A stretch of 64,000 nt of DNA from Podarcis tiliguerta (taxonomy: Eukaryota), in assembly GCA_965153285.1 (NCBI GenBank), contig OZ229110.1, one strand, 5' to 3'. How positions within the stretch are numbered: the first letter of the stretch is position 1; each line of letters starts with the position of its first letter. Made by a program: the position numbers and the translations under genes. Under the pieces are notes generated by a model. It saw only the letters and a list, made by a program, of their open reading frames with translations. It ran no database searches and was not told the DNA's origin. Below are positions 1 to 48,703 of the stretch, piece after piece.

Positions 1-3000
1 ATGGGAGTTTGTGAAAGTGATGCTTTTGTGGAAGGGACTTACTGGGGCAAACAGGAAATAGATAATGGAGGAGGAGGAACTGAGCTTTGGTGGACAGAAA
101 TCTGGATTTCTTGCTAAAGCTGTCTTACATGTGCATACCCAGTCAGTTATGTCCTGGCTCACTGTGGCCTGTGAGCTTCTCAGACGTTCCGTTAGTAACA
201 CAGTGCTCATGAACCTTTTGACTCGCTGAGGAGGAAGGGCCAGTTACAGACTATTGATAGCCACTGCAGTTGTTGTGAGGGAAGCAGAAGATCAGTTCTG
301 CTGGTGGGGGTGGGAACTTCGCATGATGATTAAGGACTAGATGGGCTGTAAATGGGTGGTAGGGGGCTAGGGGAAGGTAAGTCAACCTGAACTTCACAGA
401 CAGATTTGTCCAATTTTTTGGTGTATGTCCTATAGGTATGAATGTCAATCTCAGAGTTGGGAGAGAGGGATGAACAGAGTTGGGAGAGAGGGAGAGCACT
501 TTGGGGATGAATGAAAAACCGATTTATGAGTCCTCATTTCACAGGCAGGTCTTGTTTTCTCACCATTTGGAGTAACTCTTGCTGCTGTATTGGGGCCAAA
601 GAATGTGCTGAGTGCATCAAATATCTAATGTTAAGATATGTCTGAATAACTAGCACTCTGTGCCTTCAGCCCGGAGACTGGTTCTTCATAAGCTAGCAGA
701 ATGTGGAGGATCACAGAGGATGATCTGATGCTGTGATGCCTCAATGAAGCAAATTATTGGTCTGCATGAAGCCTTCCACTTCTGAATGGTTCTAATACAC
801 TTGCAACCACCGTCATTCCAATAAGGGTGTGGGGGTTTTTGTTTTTGTTTTTTTGCTGTATACTACCTGTGGGGAGATGCAGGAATAGAATCAGAGTTTT
901 TGTTATCCACTTGAGGCACAGGTTAATGTAGAATTAAATCTTTACTCTGGAATCCCAGTTAAGATCCCTAAAGCTTGTCTGAACATTAGCTAAAGGTATT
1001 ACATGCTGAGAACCTTGGGGAAGCATCTGGTTTGTTTGTTCATTTGTTTCAAAGCCTTAGACCAACAGGATCAAATAATAATGTGCTGCTTTGTTTTTCA
1101 GCCTAGCAGTTGAAAATGTATTTTCACAGTCTGCTAGGAATGGCACCTCTGATGTTCCCTTTCTTGAATTCTTTGTGCACACTTCTGCAGAAATGCTTTC
1201 CTTACTGGTCTCAGAGGAAAAACTCATGAGCATCGTACCGAAGCACTTTTTCAATAGAAATAGAAATTGGGGGGAAATGAAGGCTTAACATATAAAACAA
1301 GTAAATATAAATAAGCACATTTTCTGTGTAATATTTATATTTATATGTTTTTATATCTATCCTTTACCTTTTTTAAAAAAAAGATAAAAATAAAAGCTAC
1401 CCTGTCCTTATAAATACTATCCAGCACTGCTAGCCTACAATAGAAGTTAGTACTCCTTGATTCATCTCCCTCCTTTTACCACAGCAATTGGGGTCCCTTT
1501 GCTCTGAATGTTACTTGGAAAATTTTCCTTTTTTCCTTCCCATGCAAGATCCTTTTTCTTCTGCCAAGCTTTCTGATCAGTTCTCTGGAACAAAGATTGC
1601 AAAACAAGCAGTGCTCCTCTGTGGATGCAGCCTGCCAGGTGGGCTCACTCCGTGGATTGGCCCGGCCTGGCTGTGCTGTGAAGGATATATGCAACCACTT
1701 CTGTAAATATTTGGCTAGGAAACTGAAAAGGTACAGGGCAGGAGAATCTAATGGACAGACAAGAAGAGAAAGTTATTCAAAGCAGGTCTACTGGGGCCTT
1801 GAAAAAAGCAAATAAATCTGTCAAGTTTGCCCTCCAGAAGGTGCACATCTCACTTAGAGCTGGGTCACAACAAGAAGAATTTCAAATGAGGCTGTGCCAT
1901 AGATAATCCACTGACCTAAAATTAAGGTCAAGGCTAGCTAACTGGCCAGAACACAAGTGTGGGGATCAGGAGAAAGAGGTGAGAGCCACAGAAGATACCT
2001 GTGACTTAATGCAGAGGTGGGGAACCCAAGGGCCACCTTCCCCTGTGGACAGCATTCCTGGGGCCTCATACCAGTGGTGAGCAGGGCTAGGTGCAAAAGC
2101 TGTCACAGCCACGGATGTGAATCTTACCCTTGTATAGTAAGTTACATTCCAACCATGCAAAGGCAGAGGTGTTGTGTGACCTGGGAAGACTCCCGAGGGC
2201 TCAGTTCAGAAGCCTGGACATTTAGCCCCCTGAGCCTGAGGTTCCATAGCTTTGCTGTAAGGAACAGAGGCACGAGGAGCTTTGTGACATAACGTGCTAT
2301 TTTGAGAACCAAAGAAGGTGTGCTGTATGCTTCCTCTGACTTCCATAGCTCTACTAGTCATGGCTACTAATTAGTGAGGAGAGGCAACTATCCTGCTCAT
2401 TGTGTGCAGTTGGGCTAAGCTGGTGGTTGGAGGAAGCTAGGTGGGACCTTGGGAAAGTTACCAGTGTGTTCCTTGCCATATTTTTTTGCTGAGAAGATCA
2501 TCCTCATCTCCAGTTTGTTGTTGGAGTTCTCATCAGAAATATCACAGCTTGGTGTCATGGGGGATGGCTGCCTTTGCTAGGTGCGCTGGCGACGGAGCAC
2601 AGAGCCATCTCTCTCCTCTTTGTTCCTAAACCCCTTGTGGAATACATTTGTGCCTAAGCCACCTCTCAACTGAATACACAGCAGTTTGCCTGTGAAGTGC
2701 TCCACTTTCTGAAATATTTCTTTTTGCCAAATTCTCCAATTATTTTTCTTTCCTTGATCATTCAAACCTGTACGTTTTCTTCTCATTTTGAATCCAACAG
2801 CATGGCCATCTAATTCTCCCCATTTCTTCAGCAACCCTTGTCTCTCTTTGCTGGTGTATCTCCTTCCTATTCCTTTCCTGGACTACAGCTCCTGCTATCC
2901 CTGGCCATTGGTCATGCTGCCTGGGGTTGATGGAATTCCAACAACATCTGGCAACACCACGTTCTTCTCTCAGTCCACAGTCTGTAAAAAATGTGTAACT

Positions 3001-4412
3001 ATAATTTTCCTAGCTCAAATGTTGAGGCTTGACCTCTCAGAATGTTACACATATCCATACTCACCCACTTATTTTAACAGCCTTGCTTAAAGTCTGCTAT
3101 TTTTTTATTGGTCCCACATCAGAAATGTAATGGGTTTTATTATGCTACTAAAGGTTTAGTTCTGTTTTTTTCACCCATATTTTGTTCCTTTTTTCACCAA
3201 ATCAATTTTCATTTATTCTCATTTGTTGCTGACAGTGTATCGGTTCATTACTATTCCAGGCTCTGAAGACCTTCATAGCCTTCTTTCTTATTTTTTACTT
3301 CTATTCCCCTTTCTCCTAGGTGTGTACACTTGGAGCCATAGTACTCCTCCATTCCTTTTCCATCTTCATCCAGCCTGTTGCTAATTCTTTTTTCTGAAAC
3401 TGCCAAGAACAGTTCTTCTGTTTCTAGCGCTTTAAAAAAAAATGCTTATCCATGCCCTGGTTCTCTCTTCTCTTGACAATCGAAGTTTCTCTTTGTTAAG
3501 ATTTTGTTCCTCTCTAGTCAAGTCAGAATAGCTTTTTAAAAGCTCTTCTGTTATTTTTTGACCCTTGCTGCATCACACCAGCAGCAATAGGCCATCTGAG
3601 GTCTCCATACATTTCCTGGCTGCTTTCTGTCACTTTTTCAAAAAGCAAGCAGGGATATGTATAACTGAAAGCAACTCTTGGCTAACAGGGTAATGCATTC
3701 TCCATAGTCTATTTATCCCTTGCCCTCTTTACTCATGTCGCCAACAAAGCATGCGCTTTATGTGGACTGCAGTGATAACACTTCTTTAAGAGAAACAAAC
3801 CAGCTTAATAGCTGAGGCTATCAACTGACAATTTAGACGTTGCTACTCGTGCGAGTTTAATAATCTGAGTAGTATTGGAAAGGTCTGTCATGAGCTAGTC
3901 TTCACAGAAGTAGTCCGATTAATAGCACAGGTGAGGATGTCAGTGTTGTCCTGAAGTGACTTTCCATTAACTCGCTTGGTTTCATTAGACTTCAACATCC
4001 ATTCCCTCCCTTCCCCATTTCAGTCTCATCTTGCTGGCTTTTGTGTTTACTTGACCTTGCCAGTCAGCACAATCGCAGTCTCCATCAGCTACTGCTAGGT
4101 GTGTTTGGAGACTGGATCTCAGTTTAAGAACCAGTAGGGAAGTTTTCAAGGCTCTCTTCTTGTAGTTGCAGGTGCTAGGGGTGAAATTTATTTGAAAGGG
4201 AAAGAAGTGTACTGTAGCTCTTAATTTTGAAGGGCGTGGAGTTGGGGGCTGAAGAGTGGACGATAGTTGTTGTCGACTCACTCTCGTTTTGAATCCTCTG
4301 TTGGAAACATACCGAAGAAAAACCCAGTTTGAGCTAAGTACCTAGAGACCCCTGATATTTGTTACTTGTTTGTTACTCAGCAAAGCACTGTGCATATTAA
4401 TGGCACTCTGTA

Positions 4413-4720
4413 AGTCTTCTTCTTCTTTGGTGATCACTCGTAGCCGAGTAAGATTGTCTTCCATAAACACGATTTTAATAATGTGTCTGTAATTACTGTG
4501 GAGGCCAATTCTGGATCCACACATCCTTCCACAGTGGGGACATTGGTTTCCAGGTAGGAGTTGATCAAGGTGTGGATTTGCCAAGCGTGACTTCCTCTTA
4601 GCATGTTTCTCCCTTGCGTCCTGAGTTCAAGTGTCTTCAAAGCCCATGACACCTTTTGTAAAGGCTGTTCTCCGATTGGAGCACTCGCAGGCAAGTGTTT
4701 CCCAATTGTTGGTGTTTATA
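4413..4720 (-). mobile_element. RTE-clade LINE 3' fragment
   Basis: Minus-strand CPHCGRMCGSRIGLHS zinc-finger-like C-terminus followed by a (GAA)n tail. Confidence 0.75.
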
Positions 4721-5793
4721 CCACATGCTACACAGGAAGTTAGCAAAATGGGACTCATCCAATGTAAAAGACTAAAAAGGAGAACTAATTTCAGTAGCTT
4801 GAGGATTATTGCACTTCTTAATCAATTCCCAATGGATTAAGTATAGTTTATTCATTGTTGTCCCATTTCTTGTAGAAAAGTCCCTGGGGAATGCCTGTTT
4901 TTGCTGAAATGTGTCAGACAATAGTAAAAAGTGCCTTATTCTCTGACAGAAAGCTAACCAGCAACAAAAACTCTAAACTCAGAATTCTTTCTTGTTGTTA
5001 AATAGAATGTTTTGGTTTACTTTGCAGTGGCTATGGCCTGACCCTTTTCTCTTGCCTGCTTCTGGCTAGCTTTGTCAATTTCTGGCAAGGGGCTCCACAT
5101 GTAGCCTCAGGTATACTTGATGTTGGGATAATCTGGCCCTTAGACTCATGGCTTTTTCTTCGGATGGGTCAGTTTTTGTAACAGAGCCAGATTCCCCAAA
5201 AGCCTCCTCTGCATCTGTTAATGATCTTTTTCTGGGGAACAGATACATTTCTGTTTTGGCTTCTTTTAGCTGAGCAAGAGCCGCTGAGCGAAGAGAGGCG
5301 TCTTATTAGGAGATCAACAAAATGGCCATGAAGTTAGATGCCTATGAATAAAATCAAAGGGCTCACTGTGGGAATAGCATAGGCTGGGTGTGAAATAATA
5401 CGAGTTTAAACAGTCCCAAACTCTTTAATCGGGAGGTGCTGTAGTGAGTAGTTAAGGGGGTTAGACATGAGGGGCTTCCTGGCACTTTGGGGAGTGGCCA
5501 GTGGTTGGGTCTTTCGCTGGAGGGAGAATTTGTGCAGGAAGACCTGTCTGTAGGAGGTCACACTGACTGACTTCAGTCTCAGGAGGATTTGTATTGGCGA
5601 ACAATTCCAGAAAAATGCACGACAAGTCCATTGTTAATCTCTACCAGCTGAGGGTGCTGCAGGCAGTGGGGTTATCCGTGGAATTGTTGCTTCTCCCCAA
5701 GGTTTGAAGGATATTTTGCATTCTTTCACCTTATCAATTTCTCAAGACGCTTGTTTGACCTTTCCCTCTATTTTTTTCTCCATTGCTCTTCAG

Positions 5794-40899
<35,106 letters not shown>

Positions 40900-43800
40900 G
40901 TCTCGGGAGCACCACTGCCCTTGGACTGGAACTGAAATGGGCCCCCAAGGCTCATTGGACTGGATGTTCCCTCCTATGAGCCCCCAAGTCCTATCCTGTT
41001 GCCTCTGTCATCAGCTGGTGTGGATCTCCCCCACCCCACCCTGCGGTGGAATATCAACATTAGAATGCCAAACAACTTTGGGGGGAACGATGCCACTAGC
41101 AAGCAAAACATGGAAATACTGAGGCATCTTTTCCCCCCTTGACATGCCAGATGCTTGTCATTCAGTCCTCCAAAGGTCTTAACTTGTTGTAGAGACATCG
41201 ACATTCCTTCTTTTTCCCCATTTTTACACTGGATTTGAAAGTTCTACACTGGAGCCATGCCTGGGTTCAATGTCTTTGGGCACCTCAGAACTACAAAATA
41301 CAGTTCAGCTGGGAAGAGATCTCAGCACCCAGAGAGCCAACGAAGCGGCTTTCTTAGACACTGGCGTTTCTCAACAATGACGCTGGGAGTCCTTCTCTAA
41401 AGCTGAAACACTGGAATTCTTTCTGTAAAAGGAATATTCTGCCTGGCTGTGTTTGCAAGTCATACACTGGAGTTTCTGACCTTCTGGCTGGCAGCTAGCC
41501 TCTTCTCTCTTTAACTTATGCTCTGCAGAAGTCCTGGTGACACTGGAACACACAAATGACCAGTCGTTTCAAACAGCAGCAACCAATGGGAAAGCAATGG
41601 GATTTGCCTCTGGCTTCCCCCCTCCCTCTCTCTCTCGCCATATAGTTACATTCCAGGGAGAGAAGACCTCAGTAACCTCACAAAAACAACTCTCAGGCAG
41701 GCTAGTTTTATTCCCAATGTGCCTTTTTTCAGGATTGGATAAATACGCTTCTGAAGAAGCAAGCTCAAATCTACTTGAGGAAAGCAGTGTCTGAGCTTTG
41801 CCTCTGGACTGATATAATATGCATTGGCATCCTAGGGCTCCTCCCGAGGCCCATACATTGAGAGCAGCAAAAAATGCCTTTCAGCCCAACAAGCACATGG
41901 CACGGCCCTTGCTCAGCAGGAGACCATCCCTGAAGTTGAAGAGGGAGGCCATCAGAAGAGATCTACCCTACACTAAACGTATATCCAGACTGAAAAGTGT
42001 TTTGATCCCCAAGGGGTCACTTGTCAGGCAACAAACAGAACATTTTTTTCACTCCAGACCTTAAGCCTCCTTGGCATTCTTAAGAATATTTTGGGTGTAT
42101 TTTGGGTAACTTACTGTTACAAGGTGTTAACTTGCTAAACCACTGATCTTTCCCCCTCCCGCTCCACACAAGATCAGCTTGTTTGATTATTGATCCACTT
42201 GTCTCTCATAGGAAACCAAAGCGGGCTGTCGCTGGGCACCAGCCTGCGTCCGCATTTTGAATCGGGGAAGCGCAAGGAGTTAAGACAAATGCACAAGCAC
42301 AACCACCCAGCGTTTCAGGCCTTTAACTTCCATTCAGAGGAAGGAAGGAAGGACAGGCCAACTCAGTCAAGCTCTGTTTTTGTTTTTTGTAAAACGGGTT
42401 ATTTAGATTTCTGAGCAGGAGTGTGAACAGCAACTTAGGGAAGATGAGAGGACAGGGATGGGAAAGATAAGAAGCAAAATGGTTAGCTGCTGGGACTGCT
42501 CATATATTCTGAATCAGGTTATCAATCTGCAAATCCACAGATATAAACATACTTGCCTTCTAATGACCAAGCACTGATGGTTTTTAAATCACATTATTGT
42601 AAACTGAAAGGAACAACTGTGTTAAGGTAGGAATCCACTTTATGATGGTGGCTGGGTTTATCTCTGTGTTGGTGAAATGTGTATTGGTGCCTGCATTCCA
42701 GGATGGATCTGCCATTTTATTAGTAGTAATGAAATTGCCCAGGTAGGCAGGCCCACCCGCCCCCATCCCTAGTTATCACCAGTTTCACATTTGCTGCTCT
42801 CAGCTCACATTACAGATTTAATAGTCAACCCCTTTGCCCAGAGAACTCTGGCAACCATAGTTCTGCTTGGGGAGTTCTCACATAAATTTTTCAGCACCCC
42901 CAGTAAGCTATGATTCACAGGATTCTTTGAAGGGAGCTGGAACAGTAAAAGTGGCATAAAAGTAATAAAAATGTGTAGATAATGTCTGCAGTGTCTGTTG
43001 GCGGCCCAGTGATGGTTGCCACTTTTCCTTACAATGCTGCACATTCCATGAATGGGCATAAGGGGAAATGGCACCTGGCACTGAGGAACTACCATTCATT
43101 AGAAGCAGCCGAGAGGGGCACACAGGCATGGGCTGGGGAAGATATTGGAGACCCAGCAGAACAAGGGCACTGATAGCATCTGATAATGGTTGCGGGCTGT
43201 CTTCGCAAGGAACAAGGATATGAGAAATGTAGTTGCAATTGCTAGTGCTCACCACCAGGTGGAACCATTGGGGAACAGAGGGGAAACAAACAGGCACAAT
43301 AAGAGACTTGGAGTTATGTCCCCCTTATTAACGTCTCATTTTGCCCCATCAGTCAGACTGGGTCATGTAATCTGTTAGTGGCATTTAGTGCAGCCAAGGA
43401 GGGGTTTCCTCCCTAGTGAAAGAAGTGCAGAAATCTGTTTCGTAGCAATTCTATACTCTTACCTCTTCAGTAAATCCCATTGAATTTGTTGGGACTTACT
43501 TCTGGGTAGAGGGGTGTAGGTTTGCACTGTTACTCAATGTTACTTGTGGAAATGTTCTTGCATTGAATGCCAGTAATGCAAAACTGGTTGAAATCTCCCT
43601 TGTGAAACAGCCTGTTACTGGCAAGCAAGCACTCTTGCTTCTCCTTACAGCCCCTGCTTCTCTCTCCCCCTCCTATGTTCCTCCTAAACAGATCTGCAGT
43701 ATCTGGGAGCCCCATCTGAAGACCCTTAGAAGTACCACTGCTGTGGGTCCCCCCCCCTTTCCTCTGCCCCTGCCGCAACTCCAACACATGTCTGGTAGAG

Positions 43801-44209
43801 CCAACACAGACGGGGTGGAAAGGGCGATCTTAACCTAAACTTCATTGAATTGCTATGGAGTCTTAGTCTGCCACACATCTACACACCACCCTCCCAGGAT
43901 AGAGGCTATTGCCTTTTTCTTTTTAGGTAAGACACACACACACAAACCTGAGCTATGGGGAGATCTCATTATCCTTCACAAACCTTTGGGGGATCATTGT
44001 AATGAGCCAGTGTCAGTGACCGGTATAAGATTTGTTAGAGGAAATGCTTGAGGAAGCTTTGCCCTGCCTACCTGCCACCTGATGGGATTCACTTTAACAA
44101 AAGCTACCCCTTGGCCTTCTCTCCCGTCAAGACACACTCCTTGCTGGCCTCGCTTCACAAGTGTTTCTGCCAGGTTGGACTGTGTCCTTGAGCTCTAATA
44201 ATGCATCTA

Positions 44210-44535
44210 TAATAATAATTTATTATACCCCGCCCATCTGGCTGGGTTTCCCCAGCCACTCTGGGCGGCTCCCAACAGATTAAAAACAGAATCAAACATT
44301 AAAAACTTCCCTAAACAGGGCTGCCTTCAGAGGTCTTCTAAAAGTCAGATAGTTGTTTATTTCCTTGACATCTGGTGGGAGGGCATTCCACAGGGTGGGC
44401 ACCACCACCAAGAAGGCCCTCTGCCTGGTTCCCTGTAACCTCACATCTCGCAGTGAGGGAACCGCCAGAAAGCTCAAGGAGCTGGACCTCAGTATCTGGG
44501 CTGAACATTGCAGATGGAGACGCTCCTTCAGGTAT
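44210..44535 (-). mobile_element. L2/CR1-group LINE 3' fragment in the putative MYRF 3'UTR
   Basis: ORF 44292-44477 RAFLVVVPTLWNALP...FRRPLKAALF. Confidence 0.78.
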
Positions 44536-46784
44536 CTTGCTTAGCTGGCTGGAGGATAGAGAGGTGTTTGAGTATATATGGAAATTAGCCTACTGTACAA
44601 AAGTGAGATCTGCATTGACAGTCATTGCTCTGCTCACTTTTGCATCTGACCCTGCCTACCATTGGCACATGGCCCACAGAAGTTAATGCAGGCTGAAAAG
44701 CCATTCCCCACTCCTGCCTTAATCTCTTCCAAGATTAACTGACAAAGGCATGTGAGACAGGACGCTTATATAGGACAACATGTGTTTACCATGTGAAAGT
44801 ACTGTACCTGCAGGGTTATGCAGATACTTCACAGAGACAATGGTGCTACCCAGCTAAATCCACCACAATCTTCTAGTGCTGTTCCTATTGGTCCATGGGG
44901 GTCTTTCTTACTTTGTCCACAAAGCATGTGCTTTGATCATCCATGGGGGTTCAGTACCAAAAGACTCTTCACCATGCAGGCATCCAGCAACGCCCCCAGC
45001 TAGAGCACAGTTGTTCTTGAGCACGATCGGAGTGTCAAAAAAATGTACTTGGCCGTGGACAATATTCAGATAATTCTTCTCAACTTGGTATTAGAAAGTC
45101 AGGATCTTGCAGGGGCTGGCAACGCTCCAATTTTCTAGCAACAAGAGGCTGCTCTTCCTCTCCGTGTTCTGTGGCCCATGTGCCAATTGCCTGTTTTTTC
45201 CACGTAGGCTGAATTTTTGATAATTTTTTTTAACTCCAGCAGAATGGGAGCCAAAATGGAGCCTCTCCTCCCGTCACACTTCCCAGCAAAGGGAGAATCT
45301 GGTGCTCCACTGGAGTGCTTGTGCCGGAGCTCCTCCCTGTATCGCCAACCCAAACGGTGTGGGGAGGAGCTGCAGAACAAACATGGCCTTTGGGGCTTCC
45401 TAGGCCACTCCAGCAGTGGGAAGAAACCATCCTGCAAGAAGCAGCTCATAGACGAAGGAAGGATCTGTTGCTTAATGACTGAGAGGCATCTTAGGCCTGG
45501 TGGGTCACTGTTTTGGTGCTCTCCTCCTGAGCAGCAGCAGGAGGCTTAAGCAGACTCCTTTCTACAGACCAGCAATAAGAAGTCTTTAGACTAGTGGTTA
45601 AGAAACCGCTGGGTTAAAAACAATCTGGTGAGGACATTCACATTTTGACCGGACTATCCCCTTACCCACTCCTCAGTGCATTAAATGTATAAAACCATTC
45701 ATCCATAGTTTGTTACCGATCAAGATCAGGGTGAGGGCAGCAGGGACACGGTGACATCAGAAGTAAATTAACCAATCACTTTCTTCTTCTCCTGGTCTTA
45801 TCAGGTGGCATTGGAGAGAAGGGCTGTGTATGTGTCAAATATTTTCACTGGTACATTCACATCCGTGCTGAGAATCCGATATGCATAATCCTTTGTAACA
45901 GTAGCACTCTTTACATTACAGTTTTAATGGTTTTATTGTTTAAAACTGCTACAACTACTTACTTTTATCGATATAGCACTTTTGTTTTTAATCCCAAAGT
46001 GCTTCACAGTATTGCGGTGGGCAAGGGGACTACCAGCATTAAAGAGTAGGAGTTCTATAGCAAGGTGTTACCTGCCCATGTTTGAACTGGTATCATAGAC
46101 ATCACCTGGACTGGCCAGCTCAGCATCTTCATGCTACTCGCCTGTCTCGGGAAATGTTCCCCCTACCTGCGCCAATTACATACTCTCCCCAAATAGAAGG
46201 ATGATTAACAACTGGGTGTTTTCCTGCATCTGATGGAGGGAGCTCTTCCGGCGCTTCTGACCTAGGAGGAAATTCTTCTTCCTTAGAACCAGAACATGAA
46301 GCCATATCTCTCTAGCCATTTGGGGAGCCAAGAATAAAATCAAGGGTGGATATGGAGCCAACTTTTAAAGTCTGGCTGTTTCAAGGGGCTGGGAATGAGT
46401 TCTCCAAGGAAAATTCATAAGCCTTTTGTCTTTTTGTTGTTGTTTAAAGAAAAAGCTCAAAGCCTGTAAATAAAAGTTTTGTGCCACCACTGTGAGCCTT
46501 AAGGAAGATAAAGCACTAATTTGTTTTGTTTTAAATGTTGCTATCACAGCTTTAATCACTGTATATTGCCCTCAATTTCAGAGTCATATCTGTAGTACGT
46601 ACTATATTAATGAAGTTTTATTGTTATTTTGCTTTGGTGGAGGATATGTGTGGTTGCTTTCCCCCCTACCATCTGCTTTTCTGATCTGTATTTATATTTT
46701 GTTTTGGAGTGCTGGTGCCCAGAACTCCTGTACTTCTTGTTTTGCTTACCTAGACCTTTTATTCATAAGAAATGTACCTATAAA

Positions 46785-46790
46785 AATAAA
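46785..46790 (+). terminator. Probable MYRF polyadenylation signal (alternative AATAAA at 46469-46474)
   Basis: AATAAA at the end of an AU/U-rich, TGTA-rich segment typical of 3'UTR ends. Confidence 0.55.
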
Positions 46791-47496
46791 TATATAAGTA
46801 TACTACTTTGTATCCAAGATTGGCTCATGGCTTCTTCCTCCACCTCACAGAACTGAATTATTACAAGTAATGTTATGGTAGGGGCTCTAAGCAAAGTTTT
46901 TTGTGGGTAAAAAGAGAATTTCTGAAGCAAGAAGTGCATTTGTACTACCAGAGTAAGCCCAGTTACATGCACACAAGCCAGCAGACATTTTAGAGAAGAA
47001 ATATCTGTTTGAGAGTCATACATCACTATATAAAAAAATCTATGCCTTCAGTATTGGACTACCACTTCCTACAGAAACATTCAGTTAACACAGCTATTTT
47101 CAATTTGAACTCAATGCCATTTAGTTATAAGAGCAAAATGCAGTTTTCATTAAGGATTTAGTTAAAACATGGAATTGAGAGAAAGCAATTAACCAAAACT
47201 ACACTCACTAATCCATGGGCTACATGTCTTTTACTAGCCTCGTTTCTGATATACATTCTTAATTACTATAGCCTTGGGATTTTATTTTTAAAGCCTGTTG
47301 CCAGCTCTTGTAGTTTAAAGGTAGCTCAGAGTCAGTGATGTCCTCAAGTCAGCTTGTTATTTTAGCCTTTGCAATTTAATGCAATGCAGTAAAAGGAACT
47401 GACATCTCTAAAGATTATTCTTTAAACCACAATCTGAGAGGAAAAATCAATATGGAGACAAAACAATAAGTAGTAGGGAGATGATTTATCTATCTG

Positions 47497-47500
<4 letters not shown>

Positions 47501-47541
<41 letters not shown>
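47501..47541. repeat. (AC)n microsatellite
   Basis: Seen directly. Confidence 0.95.
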
Positions 47542-47542
<1 letters not shown>

Positions 47543-47901
47543 TCTCCACTTTGCACAATTGTATAGACATTACTCATGACACAGACACCTTTATTTAACG
47601 GGCTTTCCCCTTAAGCTGAAGAACCCCAAATATTGTGGCCTGCCCTTTTCTGCATGTTGATCCAGAAGTGGAGCATCTCAGCTCTAGTGCCTACCACAGC
47701 TGTGATCCTATGTGCCTTTTTTAATCAGAAATACGTCCCACTGCATTCAGTGGGACTTACTCTGAAATGAGTTTATTTACCTACATGGGAATATGTCCCA
47801 CTGAGCTAAGTAGGATTTACAGTACTTCTGAGTCCATTGGCTCTCTCTCAGTAAAGAACAGAAAGAAGGGAAGAAAAATGAGTGTGGATGCTTTGTGTAG
47901 T

Positions 47902-48233
47902 AAAAGTTAAAGGTAAAGAACCTCTGGACAGTTAAGTCCAGTCAAAGGTGTCTATGGGGTGCAGCACTTATCTTCAGGCCGAAGGAGCCGAAGTTTGTCC
48001 ACAGACAGCTTTCTGGGTCATGTATGACTAAATCGCTTCTGGCGCAATGGACACCATGGCAAGTGCCAGAGCGCATGGAAACACCATTTAACTTCCCACC
48101 ACAGTGGTGCTTATTTATCTACTTCCACTGGTGTGCTTTTGAACTGTTAGGTCGGCAGAAGCTGGGACAGAGCAACAGGAGCTCAGCAAGCCCAAGAGGC
48201 TCAGTGGTTCAGACCACAGCACCACCTGCTCCC
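47902..48233 (-). mobile_element. Sauria SINE, older divergent copy
   Basis: aaaggtaaag tail and tatttatctactt...ttttgaactgttagg core, antisense to the 39758 copy. Confidence 0.75.
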
Positions 48234-48561
48234 CTTTCTGTTTGGTATCCAGCATACTGTGTGTGCAAAAGAAAAAGTTCATTTGTGGGTGGGTTTGAAA
48301 GCCTGCTCACAGCAATGGAAAGTCTGATATGTCAACATTTACAGTCTCATGAAATTCTGACTGTTGTCACAATTGCTTATTTCTTAAAAGTTGAGATAAA
48401 ATATTCCTTCAGGCATATGATTACTATGTGTCCCCTATATCCATCCTATTCAAAGAGCAATTTCTGTTGCTTTGTACCTTCTCTCCTGTAGCAGGTGTAG
48501 GCCTATGGGTCTTCATATACAGCAGAAAAGTGCACCCAAAGAACAAGGAAGAACACAAACT

Positions 48562-48703
48562 TCAGCTCATCACAGAGTCAGCTTTATTGGTCCGATGTTG
48601 CGACCCTGGGCTATAACCATATATCAAGATTATGCAGGCCCAAGCTGCAAAGAGCTGCATTACGTACAAAAATAAAAAAGAGCTTCAGTAAGGCTGCTGG
48701 AAC
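48562..48703 (-). other. TMEM258: TMEM258 non-coding last exon with poly(A) signal (AATAAA on minus at 48583-48588); 3' end approximate
   Basis: Donor cag|gtaaga after 50089; acceptor tttttcctttcag| at 48704; GU-rich downstream element (gtttgtgttcttccttgttc on minus). Confidence 0.75.

Noticed and set aside
43067-43085. Tandem TGGCAC/CTGGCAC as a possible MYRF autoregulatory site
   Set aside because: Short motif expected by chance in 64 kb; no supporting context
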